From Octopus sinensis (taxonomy: Eukaryota), in NCBI RefSeq assembly GCF_006345805.1, contig NC_043003.1, positions 47,926,001 to 47,990,000 of the forward strand: DNA of 64,000 nt, given 5' to 3'. How positions within the stretch are numbered: position 1 is the first letter of the stretch; every line of letters starts with the position of its first letter. Position numbers and translations under genes: made by a program. The notes under the pieces are model-generated. The model saw only the letters and a list, made by a program, of their open reading frames with translations, was not told where the DNA came from and searched no databases. This document shows, one piece after another, positions 1 through 12,830 of this stretch.

Positions 1-162
1 CATATCTGTAGAAGATCAGTTTTGTTGTTTTGGCTGCCTAGCTTAAGAATATAAACCGTAACTTAGATTTCACTCCAACATTTTTCCTTTCTTTAATGTA
101 TACCACATCAGAATTTATGAGGTCAGCTTTATGAGCAAATGGCATCAGCCACTTCACCAGCA

Positions 163-213
<51 letters not shown>

Positions 214-415
214 TGGACTAGTGCAATGATCTTTATGTTTGCGGTTTCCAGTTTCCATGCCATGTAGCTAGGTTCAGCTGAACCCAGTCTGACTCATTCA
301 AAAGAGAGCCTGAATGATGAAGAACTCAAGAGAAACAGGTCCCTAGACCAGCCCAAATAAATTACTGCACTCTATATCCATAGTGAGTGCTTCTTCTCCA
401 GTTTGTTACCTAACA

Positions 416-459
<44 letters not shown>

Positions 460-1227
460 GTATATGTAACAGTTACATGATGGAAGAGTAATGTTAGTTA
501 AAAACACATGGAAATCTTTCATTTTCATTTATTTAAAGATTTGATCCTCCTTATTTTTAGAGGGTGTTAGTGGAGGTATTGGTGAAGGAGTTTGATTCCC
601 AACCACATGGTTCTGGGTTCAGTACTACTGCATGGCATCTTGAGCAAGTATCTCTTTCTTCAGCTCTGGGCCAACCAAAGTCTTGTGAAAGGATTTGGGA
701 GACAAAAACTGAAACTCAATTGTATAAATAGATGTGTGTGTGTGAGTACATGTGTGTTACTGTCTCCTTGCTTTGATATCATGTAATAGTTGTAAATGAG
801 TGTCCCTGTCATACAAGCAGTGTCCTTTGTTTTTAATCTTCTATGGAAACATGGCCAGCCAAGAGGAAATATTACCTTACTTGGAAACAGGTGAGGGCTG
901 ACCACAGGAGGAATATCCAGCTGAGTAAATCTGCCTAAACAAATTTTGTCTGACCTAAATAAGCATGGTAAAGTGAATGTTATGTGACAATGATGTTGAT
1001 GATCATGGTGACTGTATACCATTAGAATGTCAAGTTGTTTTGTTGCATTTCTGTGACAAAGTCATTAATTTGTGCAGTGAATTTGGTTCAGTAACCAGGT
1101 CATAAGTATGCAACAAAACGTGATGCTATACAAAACTATTAAGAAATATAAAAATTTGTTTTTAAAGTTGAATATGACTTGACTCATCACAATGGTGTGT
1201 GTATGTGTGTGTGAGAGAGAGAGAGAA

Positions 1228-1273
<46 letters not shown>

Positions 1274-3025
1274 TTCCAAAATATTGTTTATTGTAGAAAA
1301 TGTGTATTTCATTCACATATGTATACATAGAAAGTAATCATGCATATAACAGTTGAGGATCGTCATATACAAAGTAATATATATAAATAGTACCAATGGA
1401 AATTCTAGTTATTTTGAAAACTGGGGTACATGAAGAACAGTGAAAATTCAAAGAATAACATGGCCATTCATTATTAATATGTTCTAACAAATTCAAACAT
1501 ATATGATAGTTGCTTTTTGGTCATAAGAGAAACCTTCTTTCTCTTAGGTGATGTGTGTTCATAACACACATGATTGACTAGTTTAAAGGGACCTTGAAAG
1601 ACTTAAGTGTTTCAACCTCATTGCATGTCTCCTTAGTTGAAACAATCCAAAATTGAAACATCTGATTCTTTTGATGGTGTAAAATTTCACATAGATAGTA
1701 TTGAATGTAGTCTTAGGAGACAGGAAGACCCCCCCCCTTCGGTCATGAATGACCATTGGACTGCACCTAGAAAGTTACCCTCTGAGGTACAAGTCCGGGC
1801 AAGATTGTTTATGGAAGGCCAGCAGTCACCCATGCATACCAGCCTCCCCTCTCCACACCACTGATGTTATCCAGTGATGTCGCAACTTATTTCTACAGCT
1901 GAGTGAACTGGAGCAACATGAAATAAAGTGTCTTGCTCAAGAACACAACATGCAGCCCGGTCTAGGAATTGAACTTACAACCTCACGATCGTAAGCTCGA
2001 TGCTCTAACCACTGAGCCGTGCGCTTTCACTTAGGAGACAACATCTCTGAAAGTCATAGTCCTTGTTATACACATGTCACCTCTTCTTTCACGAAGGTGT
2101 TATCTATTATTTTTCACTTCACATCAAGAAGTAAACCATCTAACAATGGAATAAAATTGAAGACATAATCTATCTCATAATATAATTTTCCTGCTGTTTG
2201 ACCACATAGCTAAAGCTTTAACCCTTTAGTGTTTAAACTGACCATATACTGCCCAAATTTTCTACCTGTTTTTTTTTTTTGTTCAAACTAGCCAGTTCTT
2301 GCCTCTCACACTGACACAACAATGTCATTCTAAAAATAAAAAAGTCACATCATTGAAATTTCAAACCAATGAGATCATGCATGATTAGCTTAAAATACTG
2401 AAACTAAATAAGCATTACACTTGACTGAGCAATCTGTCTTTACATTCTGAGTTCAAATTCCGCTAAGGTCGACTTCGCCTTTCATCCTTTCAGGATCAAT
2501 AAATTAAGTACCAGTTGCATATGGGGGTCAATCTAATCAACTGGCCCCCTGCCCAAAAATTTTAGGCCTTGTGCCTAGAGTAGAAAAGGATATCTTTTTT
2601 ATCGACCTTGAAAGGATGAAAAGTGAAGATGACCCCTGACAAAATACAAACTTAGAACATAAAGCCAGAAGAAATTCTGCTAAGCATTTTCTTCAGAATG
2701 TTAACAATTCTCTCAGTTCACCACCTTGGCCACTTGATAATATAATAGTGTATCTATATCTGTCATCTGGTTAATTTCAATGCAGACAATATAATAAACA
2801 CATTAGCTTCTCTCTTTTTTTTATTTATTTCATGTCTGTAGACTAGACAATTCTGAAACAACATTATTAGAGCTAATCTATTTCCAAATTTTCTTCACCA
2901 GACACAATCTGCTTTAAAACTCGTTGGCTCTTTCTTAATATTGTTATATTCTTCAAGACAGACTGGTAGCTACTATATTTCTCTCTCTCTCTCTCTCTCT
3001 CTCTTTCTCATTTTGTCACACATAC

Positions 3026-3122
3026 ATAAAACATAAGATACATGAAGAAACACAAAAATACATAAAGGAGATATGCCACATTGCAGACCAGTCCATTCAA
3101 AGCCATTGTTGATAAGTAGAAT
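3026..3122 (-). other. Putative exon (coding status unclear)
   Basis: Acceptor cattattgtttttag|, possible donor TAT|GTATGT. Confidence 0.3.
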
Positions 3123-3225
3123 CTAAAAACAATAATGATTATGATCAATAGGACTCATGGAAACTCCACATTTCATTAGCTTTCTTATTTCTATTTTGAT
3201 TTATGGACATTAACAATCCGGTCTA

Positions 3226-3445
3226 ATAATCTTTTCTACTCTAGGCACAAGGCCTGAAATTTTGGGGAAGGGGGCCAGTCGATTAGATCGATCCCAGTGC
3301 TCAACTGGCACTTAATTTATCGACTCTGAAAGGATGAAAGGCAATGTCAACCTTGGCGGAATTTGAACTCAGGACATAAAGACAGCTGAAATACCGCTAA
3401 GCATGTTGCCTGGCGTGCTAATGTCTCTGCCAGCTCGTTGCCTTA
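3226..3445 (-). mobile_element. Nin/Deu-domain SINE
   Basis: GCCTTTCATCCTTTCGGGGTCGATAAATTAAGTACC-type domain after a tRNA-like head; copies at about 2440-2590, 14500-14700, 27482-27697, 30637-30850, 38490-38750 and 46220-46430. Confidence 0.75.
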
Positions 3446-3779
3446 ATCTGCTCTAATAATGTTAAAGGTTTAAATTATATTTTTGATTTAGTTCAGTAGT
3501 TAAAACTGCCCGAAGAGTAATAAAACTTGAACTTATTCCATTATCTTAAATGTTTCATGAAGGCACAGGGCTTAGTTGTTAGGGCATTCAGCTCATGATT
3601 GCAAGGCCATGAGTTCAATTCCAGGCAATACGTTGTGTCCTTGAGCAAGATACTATATTTCACATTGCTCCAGTCCACTCAGCTGGCAAAAATGAGTAGT
3701 ACCTGTAATTCAAAGAATCAGCCTTGTTACAATCAGTGTCACTCTGATTCTCCCTGAGAACTACATTAAGGGTACTCCT

Positions 3780-3954
3780 AGGCGTAGGAGTGGCTGTGTG
3801 GTAAGTAGCTTGCTTACGATCCACATGGTCCCGGGTTCAGTTCCACTGCATGGTACCTTGGGCAAGTGTCTTCTACTATAGCCTCGGGCCGACCAAAGCT
3901 TTGTGAGTGGATTTGGTAGATGGAAACTGAAGGAAGCCCGTCGTGTATATGTAC

Positions 3955-3990
<36 letters not shown>

Positions 3991-4190
3991 TTGTTTGTCC
4001 CCCCAGCATCGCTTGACAACCAATGCTGGTGTGTTCATGTACCCGTAACTTAGTGGTTCGGCAAAAGAGACCGATAGAATAAGTACTAGGCTTACAAAGA
4101 ATAAGTCCTGGGGTCGATTTGGTCGACTAAAGGCGGTGCTCCAGCATGGCCACAGTCAAACGACTGAAACAAGTAAAAAAGTAAAAGAGT
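3780..4190 (+). mobile_element. Abundant tRNA-derived SINE with internal (TA)n(TG)n and (GTAAAAGA)n tail
   Basis: GGAGTGGCTGTGTGGTAAG...GGTTCAGTCCC head; copies on + at about 42889-43293, 45110-45465, 45688-46085 and on - at about 24765-25172, 25815-26060, 27805-28420, 31545-31964, 48120-48625, 49915-50322, 62580-62955. Confidence 0.85.
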
Positions 4191-5431
4191 ATGTCTGTGG
4201 AGTGTTCAACCCCTTGCATGTTAATTTCATGAGTTGATTGTTCTATTGACTGGAGCAACTGGGACATTCGCTGCCATAACGAACGAAGTGCCAGTTTTTA
4301 ATATACAGAAAAAGATGTAGATTTAAATTTTAAGAACATATGAGGTTGTGAAGTCCAGCCACTGACTGACCAAGCTATGGCTGTATCCAACCGCTATAAG
4401 ATTAGAAGTAATAAAGATTTTTAGTTGTAGGAATGGGGTAAGAGAGGTTTCAGAATACCATAAAAGGAGTTGCCACTAACAAAATGCCAATTACTGCTAT
4501 TTGGTGAGAGGAACTAGGTCAATGTCAAATGGTCATTAATTCCCTTTGCAGAGAATATATATGAGTGGGTGCTGAAAGGTTCTTTTCCTGGCTTTAAAGG
4601 GTATCATGAAAGATCTGGTTGGAGGCCCAACCTTCCAAGTTCTTTCACAGGGCTTAGAAAAACTGAAGGACCACTGCAATAAGTGTGTGAATCTGAGAGA
4701 GGAATATGTTGAATAAAATCATGATTAATTGACCCTCCTGTATTTTCTTTAACCCGAAACCTGGAACTTTTCAGCACCCTTCGTATATAATGTGTGTGTG
4801 TGTGTTGTGTGTGTGTGTGTGTGTGGTGTGTGTGTGTGGTGTGTGTGAATGTGTGTGTGTGTGTGTGTGTTCTTGTCTGTTTGTTTCCACCTTCACTGCT
4901 TGATAACTAGTGTTGGTTTGTTCTTGTCCTCTGTAATTTAGTGGCTCGGTAATAAAGACCAAATAAGTACTGGGTGTGATTTATTCAACTAAAACCCTTC
5001 AATGTGGTGCCCCAGTATGGCCACAGTCCAATGGCTGAATCAAGTCAAAGTAAAAGATATAATCACACCGTCACCACTGTTTTTGCTGCCACTGCTGCAC
5101 AGTAACAACAAAAACATCACTTGTACAATCATTACTAGTATGAATCAGTGGGAAGCCCCTGTCCTGTTGCCTGTTCAGCTAGAAATAGTAACTAAACCCT
5201 CCATAAATCAAACCGCTCCATCTCAGATGAAGAATACAATAGACAATATAGCAATGTTTGATAAACATAGAAGAAAATAGAATGGTCAAAGCTGCAACAG
5301 CTTTGATCATGGTTTCATTCAATGAAATGAATGGTGACATTGGCATCATCATTTAATGTTTGTTTTCCATGCTGGCATGGGTTTGATAGGTTTGATAGGA
5401 GCTGGCCAGCCAGAGAGCTGCACCAGTCTGT

Positions 5432-6857
5432 TTTGACTTTTAGGGAGATTGGGCTGCTATTTCTAGCAAGTCTAATGACCACATAGAGGCTCCCTTGTTT
5501 ATATGTTGGGGATGTTTAACCCCAGGTGAATCCTGATCATTGTTGTTGTTTAGCCTCAGGTTGGCCTTAATTGAGCAAAGATATTCTACTTATGACCATC
5601 CTGTCTTTTTCTCATGCATCAGTGGTCTAACACCACATTATACAAGGCAGCCTTTTCAAAAATGGTTGGGTATGATTTGAGGAAGTTAAGACTGTTATTT
5701 CTAGCTGATTGACTGACCACTGAGATGTTCACTTGTTAGCTCATAATACTAATGTTGTGGTGGTTGAAAAATGTTTAGTTACATGGATGCCCTTCCTAAA
5801 GCCAACCACTTTACATAGTGTACTGGGTGCTTTTTATGTGGCACCAGTATGGGTGCATTTATGTGGTACCTGCAAAGTTGTGAAATGTTAATATTTACAC
5901 AGACATAGATGTTGGGGTGGGGAGTGGTGGGATGGTCATGAGTGGAACCTCTTTGATCATAGATCTGCTCGATTAATGCAGACCTGGAGCTAAACTACAA
6001 CCATCACAAATTCAGCCGACCTCAGCAATGCTAGCACCAAACACTATGAGAACCTATGAGCAACCAAAGACACTTCTGCATGGTTATCTGGCCGACTAGA
6101 AATAGCAGCCAAATACTCACAAATCACACTTTACCACCTTAACCAAGTAAGGACCCAGTGGATAACATAATCCTAAATGCGAGGTCTGCTTGATTAGAAA
6201 TTACCTGAAGCCAAACAACTAAAAGAATGCTATAACTATCACTGCCACCACTGCTATCCCAACCATAAGGAACATCATCTTCCAACTTAGAGCCAACGAA
6301 AGAGAGCTTCTGTGTAATCATTCAAGCTGCTAGAAACAACAGCTAAATTTCCCTCAACTGACACACCACCATCTTAAATATAGTTAGGACACATTAAATA
6401 ATGTAATAGTAGGATTACATTATTTAATCCTAGATAAGATTATCTGGGATTAAATAAGGGCAAGGTTGGGAATGCCTTTGATTATATATTCACTAAATCA
6501 GAGCTGTCTTGTAACTAAACCTTTTTCAACCACCACAACATTAGTATTATGAGCTAACAAGTGAACATCTTAGTGGTCAGTCAATCAGCTAGAAATAACA
6601 GTTTTAACTTCCTCAAATCATACCCAACCATTTTTGAAAAGGCTGCCTTGTATAATGTGGTGTTAGACCACTCATGCATGAGAAAAAGACAGGATGGTCA
6701 TAAGTGGAATATCTTTGCTCAATTAAGGCCAACCTGAGGCTAAACAACAATGATCAGGATTCACCTGGGGTTAAACATCCCAACATGTAAACAAGGGAGC
6801 CTCTATGTGGTCATGAAACTTGCTAGAAATAGCAGCCCAATCTCCCTAAAAGTCAAA
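5432..6857. repeat. ~340-bp near-identical inverted repeat (5432-5771 vs 6522-6857)
   Basis: The arms are reverse complements with only scattered substitutions or indels; spacer about 750 bp. Confidence 0.9.
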
Positions 6858-7664
6858 CCCTTCTGTCTTATATAAGAAAGCCTATTGGATAATGTGGTCT
6901 TACATACACAGAAAAAAGTGGGGTGGTCATGACCAGATTGCCTTTAATAATAGATCACAGCTGCAGCCATTAACTCCACCTCTGGCACCATCACAAGAAC
7001 CACCATCTTGATAAACAACAATGTAAACAATAGCAATAACAACACCAGCAGGTCACTATAACCATGGCCTCAACCAATAACAACAACATTGCCACGACGA
7101 CGACGACCACCACCACCACCACCACCACCACTACCTCCTCAACAACAATAACAACAGCAGCAGCAGCAGCACAATAACAAAATCTATATGTCATCAATGA
7201 TCAATAACAAAAATCAGGAGATATGGATGCATATACTGAGATGGGAGAAAGTGAAAGGAAGAGACGGCAAGAGGGGGAACAGGGGGAATATGCCTAGATT
7301 TAGACCAATCAGAGCTGGAACTTGCTTCCTACTGCGTCAAACTGCAGAGCAAGAGCCAGATGACAATGTCTAGAGGCAGCAGTGATTTTTTTCTACAGCT
7401 TGTAGAGTTTCTAGATATGTTGATAAATAAATGGAGTTGACTCCACAGGGTTGTATCAGATTGATGTTTCATGGACAATGTACAAATTAGAGGACAAGCA
7501 TTTTGTGCATGTATAAATCTCTGTTTCACTGAGTTCTTATGCATACATACATGCAGACACACACACAATAATTAATAATTAATAATTAATTGCATGCAAA
7601 TATATGATGATATGGTTCATTGTGTATGCATGTGTGTGCATATACACATGTATCTCTCTTTCTT

Positions 7665-7698
<34 letters not shown>

Positions 7699-8291
7699 GA
7701 GAGAGAGAGAGATAGATAGATAAATAGATATGTATATATATGTGTGTGTTTACATGTGCGTGTGTGTTTACATATGTGTACGTGTTTATGTGTGTGTGTG
7801 TGTGTGTATATACACACACATATAAGTGAAGGCATATGAGCGTGCATGCACGCATCGATTTATGTACAGATATTTATCTATGCATATCTATTTATAATAG
7901 TAAATATCTTTTTAAATGCATAAGATTTATTCAACAAGAAACAGAAGCACTGCAATTGATAGACGTCACTCCAACCATTCCCTATATACACAAGAATAAT
8001 ATACATTGAATGTTATTCAACACTTAATGGATCAAATCATAACATGAATACATAATTAGACAGGGTTGATGGAGGGGAAGAAGAAATAAAGAAAGAGAAA
8101 GAGAGATATCCTAGAAAACACAGAACTGTCTTGACTGGTTCAATGTTTTTTTTTATTATTAAAATTGAAGCAAACATGTGATTATCATGTCTTGTGTAAA
8201 TACATGCATGCATATCTGTGAATGTTTGTGAGTATATGCGCCTGAATGTGTATGTGTGTATGCATGCCCACACACACACATGTATATTTAC

Positions 8292-8356
8292 TCCAAATGT
8301 ACAGATACGGTAACTGGACCTGAACAAATATCAACACTGCTCCAGTGAAAAACAAG
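8292..8356 (-). other. Putative 65-bp exon (coding status unclear)
   Basis: Acceptor atgaatatttgcag|, donor GGA|GTAAAT; unique island between microsatellites; two open frames (LFFTGAVLIFVQVQLPYLYIW / LVFHWSSVDICSGPVTVSVHL). Confidence 0.4.
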
Positions 8357-8448
8357 CTGCAAATATTCATGCTTTCCTATAGGTGTATACGTGTGTGTGA
8401 ACACATGCATGTGTGTGCATATGAGTGTGTGTTTATATATGTAAACAT

Positions 8449-9008
8449 ACATCATCATCATCATCATCGTTTAACGTCCGTTTTCCGCGCTAGCACGGGT
8501 TGGACGGTTCGACCGGGGTCTGGGAAGCCAGGGGCTGCTCCAGGCTCCAGTCTGATCTGGCAGAGTTTCTACGGCTGGATGCCCTTCCTAACGCCAACCA
8601 CTCCGCGAGTGTAGTGGGTGCTTTTTACGTGCCACCTGCACAGGTGCCAGGGGGGGTCCGGCATTGGTCACGATCGGTTAGAGCTTTTAACGTGCCAGCG
8701 GCATGGAAGCCAGCCAAGGCGGCGCTGGCAACGTTCGGATGGTCTTTTTATGTGCCACCGGCACAGGAGCCAGTCGGGGTGGTGCTGGCATCGGCCACGT
8801 TCAGATGGTGCTTTTTATGTGCCACCGGCACAGAAGCCAGTCGGGGCGGCGCTGGCATCGGCCACGTTCGGATAGTGCTTTTTATGTGCCACCGGCATGG
8901 GCATCACAACTACTATTTCCATTGATATTTATTTCGACGTTCATGTTCATGTTCATGTACTTGACTCAACAGGTCTCCTCAAGCACAGCGGGATGATCTG
9001 GGATCCGG
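8449..9008 (-). mobile_element. Meta-domain-like retroposon with internal ~55-60-bp tandem units and (GAT)n tail
   Basis: GGTTGGCGTTAGGAAGGGCATCCAGCCGTAGAAAC domain; repeated GTGCCGGTGGCACGTAAAAAGCAC units; copies at about 11317-12003, 18858-19320, 35610-36017, 50345-50753, 56790-57045, 57312-57745 and 60040-60430. Confidence 0.75.
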
Positions 9009-10183
9009 GGTATATATATATATATATATGGAAAATAGGGACGGAACGTTCTTCCCAAGTCATAAGACTCATTTCTTGGATTCAGTGACATATATATCTC
9101 CCACCAGACCAGATGCCAGTCTGGTGCCACATTATTCTTCTTTGCCAGCTAAGTGAACTGGAACAATGAAGTGTTTTGCTCAAGAATACGATGCATTTCT
9201 CATTCCAGGAATGTTCTTATAATTATGAAAGCTACACTCTAACCACTAAGCCATGTGCCTCAGGACCACAAAAAAAAAAAACCTGTGCTAGTCTACATGA
9301 AACCGTGCCAGTCCATGTAAAATATACAAAGCATGCATGCTAGTCCACATAAAAACCATCTGTGACAGTATATGTAAAAACCACCAGTGCTGGTACCACG
9401 TAAAAAGTACCCAGCACACTCTGTAAGGTGGTTGGTGTTAGGAAGGGCATTCAGACGTAGACACCAACCCAAACCAGACTGGAACCAGGTGCAGCTTTCC
9501 AGCATGCCAGCTCTGGTCAAACCATCCAACCCACGCCAGCATAGAAAACAGACGTTAAATGATGATGATGATGATAATGATTTACACATGCATACAAATA
9601 CATACACACACACTTCCTTGCACAGGCAAGGCTGTGTGGTCAAGAAATTTGTTTTTTCAACCATATGGTTTCAGGTTCAGTCCCACTGTACAGCACCTGA
9701 GCAAAATGTCTTCTACTATAGCTCCAGATTCTGAGTGGATTTGGTACAGACAGACAGACAGACTAACTGTGTGTATGCATGTATGTATGTATGTATGTAT
9801 GTATGTCATTATTCAGTTTTATTTCAAGATTTCTTGCCAATAGAGAATGAGCCAATTTCTAACCTAAATCTAAGGCCCCTTCATTGGAATTTAAACAACA
9901 GGGTATTTTTGCATGTTTATATATGTACAGATTTGAATGCTTTGTTGTATGTATGTATGTATTTACACATGTATGAAAGTATGTATGTATGCATATGCAT
10001 GTGTATGCATGCATGTGTGCATGTGTGTGTGTGTGTTACTGTCTCCTTGCCTTGACATCACATAATAGTTGTAAACAAATGTCTCTGTCATGTGAATAGT
10101 GTCCTTCATTCTCAATCTTCCACAAAAACACATCTAGTCTGACCCATGCAAGCAAGAAGAAGGGGATGTTAAAACAATGATAA

Positions 10184-10218
<35 letters not shown>

Positions 10219-10221
<3 letters not shown>

Positions 10222-10562
10222 AAGGCGCATGGCTCAGTGGTTAGAGCGTTGAGCTTACGATCGTGAGGTTGTGAGCTTGAATCCCGGACCGGGCTGCGTT
10301 TGTGTTCTTGAGCAAAGCACTTTATTTCACGTTGCTCCAGTTCACTCAGCTGTAGAAATGAGTTGCGACGTCACTGGTGCCAAGCTGTATCGACCTTTGT
10401 CTTTCCCTTGAATAACACTAGTGGCGTGGAGAGGGGAGGCTGGTATGCATGGGCGACTGCTGGTCTTCCATAAACAACCTTGCCCGGACTTGTGTCTAGG
10501 AGGGTAACTTTCTAGGTGCAATCCCATGGTCATTCATGACCGAAGGGGGTCTTTACCCTTTA
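10219..10562 (+). mobile_element. tRNA-Arg-headed CORE-SINE (octopus OR-type)
   Basis: A box TGGCTCAGTGG, ACG anticodon-like loop, B-box-like GCTTGAATCCC, CORE-like TTCTTGAGCAAAGCACTTTATTTCAC; inverted copy at about 1725-2030. Confidence 0.75.
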
Positions 10563-10982
10563 TATATATATTATGGTGCTAACTTAACTGTATCTATTAT
10601 TATATTATTATTTTTTATTATTATTATATTATTAATATAATAGTATTTTTTATTAACTTTCATAGCTTTAGAATTTTATGAACTGAACCATGGTTTTAAT
10701 TATTATTTTCATCTCCCTATGTGTTAGTTTTTTTTAAAAAAAAACTATTAGCCAAATATGTATAATATCGGTACTTATTAATATTAGTATATACACTGAT
10801 ATATATTTTGTTTTATTTTGTTCTGTTTACCTTCCTTTATTGTACCAATAAGTTTATATTATATAAGTGTAGCATTATGATGTATAAGTTTTTATATTTT
10901 TTATATTTTACATTTTTATATTTTTTATATTTATATGTATATGGTTATATTATATTTTTCACAATTATAACAAATTTAATTT

Positions 10983-11097
10983 AATTCTCTGAAGAGGCCG
11001 TGGGGCATCCTTGTTAATGCCTCATTATACCTGCCTTTATGGCTAAGAGGTTAAATGAGGTATGACTGCCCTCACTGCCGAAACAGCTGTCAGTTTT
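10983..11097 (+). ncRNA. Type I hammerhead ribozyme motif (Penelope-like element remnant)
   Basis: CTGAAGA (10989-10995), long stem II closed by GGC/GCC, GAAA (11080-11083), palindromic stem III ACAGCTGT, GTC cleavage triplet (11089-11091); stem I partly mismatched. Confidence 0.6.
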
Positions 11098-11283
11098 GAT
11101 TAATTGCATATTATATTTGAAAAAATTTTTTACTTATATCTCTTTATCTTTTTACTATTACTGTATACTCATTTTATATAATGCCTTTACTCATATGTAA
11201 TGGTGTATTAAAGTATTGATTGGGTATCATCGGATAGTTGATGTTTTATTGATTTAAGTATGTTTCTCCATTCTCTAATTTTG

Positions 11284-11318
<35 letters not shown>

Positions 11319-12399
11319 TGCCTTTCCTCCCTTGGACACAAAGACCTGTTGAGGCAAGCGAGTCGATATAGAACCTCATCCGACGACAGACACCCATGCC
11401 AACCCCCTCTGCTTGCGAAGACATGTTGGGGCAAGCGAAATCGAAATCGAAACCGAATTGAACCAGCCAGGATCCCTGGTCTGGTGGTACGTGAAAAGCA
11501 CTATCCGACTCGTGGCCGATGCCAGCGCCGCTTCGACTGGCTTCCGTGCCGGTGGCACGTAAAATACTCCAATCCGACCGTACGACAGGCACCCATGCCA
11601 ACCCCCTTTGCTTGTGAAGACATGTTGGGGCAAGCGAAATCGAAATCGAAATCGAATTGAACCAGCCAGGATCCCTGGTCTGGTGGTACGTAAAAAGCAC
11701 TATCCGACTCGTGGCCGATGCCAGCACCGCCTCGACTGGCTTCCGTGCCGGTGGCACATAGAATACACCAATCCGACCGTGGCCGTTGCCAGCCTCGCCT
11801 GGCACCTGCGCAGGTGGCACGTAAAAAGCACCCACTACACTCACGGAGTGGTTGGCGTTAGGAAGGGCATCCAGCTGTAGAAACATTGCCAGATTAGACT
11901 GGAGCCTGGTGCAGCCTTCTGGCTTCCCAGAACCCCGGTCGAACTGTCCAACCCATGCTAGCATGGAGAACGGACGTTAAACGATGATGATGATGATGAT
12001 GATATATAATACACACACGCACACAGGCAGGCATGAGGTGGGTACTGAAAAGTTCCTGGCTTTTGGTAAAAGAAAATACAGGAAGATCAGGTAATTACGA
12101 TTTTATTAAACATATTCCCCTCTCAGATTCACACACTTATTGCAGTGGTCCTTCAGTTTTTCTAAGCCCTGTAAAAGAACTCAGAAGGTTGGGCCTCCAA
12201 CCAGGCCTTTTGCAAAACCTTTAAAGCCAGAAACTTTTCAGCACCCCTCATGTATACATACACACACACACATGTGTGGTGAACAGCCAACAGTGTTGGA
12301 AAGCATAAGGATTAAGGTGGTAGTTGAGAAAAACCTGGCTGACATGGAGGACTGAAAGTCATCTGAATATTGGAAAAGAGTTACCTGTGTCATGATGAT

Positions 12400-12830
12400 T
12401 CCCACCATGTATCAAAATGCCAATGATATGACTGCTGTTCAATGCTCTGTGCATACTGTAAAGGTTGTAAGGTTTGATATGGACAGCTGCTATAGAGACT
12501 AGGAAGCTGTGGCCAACATGAAGGGACACAGCAGGCATTCTGACTGTGTGAACATGCTGGAATTCATCCAATAATTGATGAACAAGGCTTTAGGCTCAAT
12601 TCAGACAGCTATGTGTATCTGCCTGAAAATGTAGTCAATCCCTGGCTGGAGAGGATTGCTGCTGGAAGGTCATATGTGTGGCAGCAGGTCTCAGCTCCTT
12701 GTCATACCTCTGGAAAAAGTCAAGAGTGGTTGTTAGAGAATTCCTACGACTTCACCAGCTCCAATTTCTGGCCTCCTAATACCCCCAATTGTAATCTCGT
12801 GGAATATTGTGTGGAGCACAATTAGGAAAG
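12400..12830 (+). mobile_element. Degraded Tc1/mariner-superfamily (maT/DD37D-like) transposase fragment
   Basis: YVWQQ(V)SAPCHTS...QEWL...FWPPNTPNCN motif in ORF 12613-12825. Confidence 0.7.

Noticed and set aside
6990-7180. PolyQ/polyT-like trinucleotide runs (also 19560-19960 and 50930-51370)
   Set aside because: Degenerate CAA/ACT/GAT microsatellites with stops and no clear splice context.
3026-8356. Loose resemblance of the joined exon peptides to a tincar-like TM segment
   Set aside because: The two matching frames are not phase-compatible at the GT-AG sites, and the similarity is mostly hydrophobicity.
8610-8900. Regularly spaced ~24-bp repeats with variable spacers, CRISPR-like
   Set aside because: The spacers are related to each other, the array lies inside a dispersed eukaryotic retroposon, and there are no cas genes.
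8345-9088. Overlapping ORFs with recurring LDALPNANH / GAFYVPPA peptides (also at about 11275, 18442, 50298 and 56762)
   Set aside because: Translations of the Meta-domain retroposon; open in several frames with no protein motif.
10222-10295. tRNA-Arg-like sequence
   Set aside because: Head of a SINE; it does not fold into a full cloverleaf and continues into a CORE domain.
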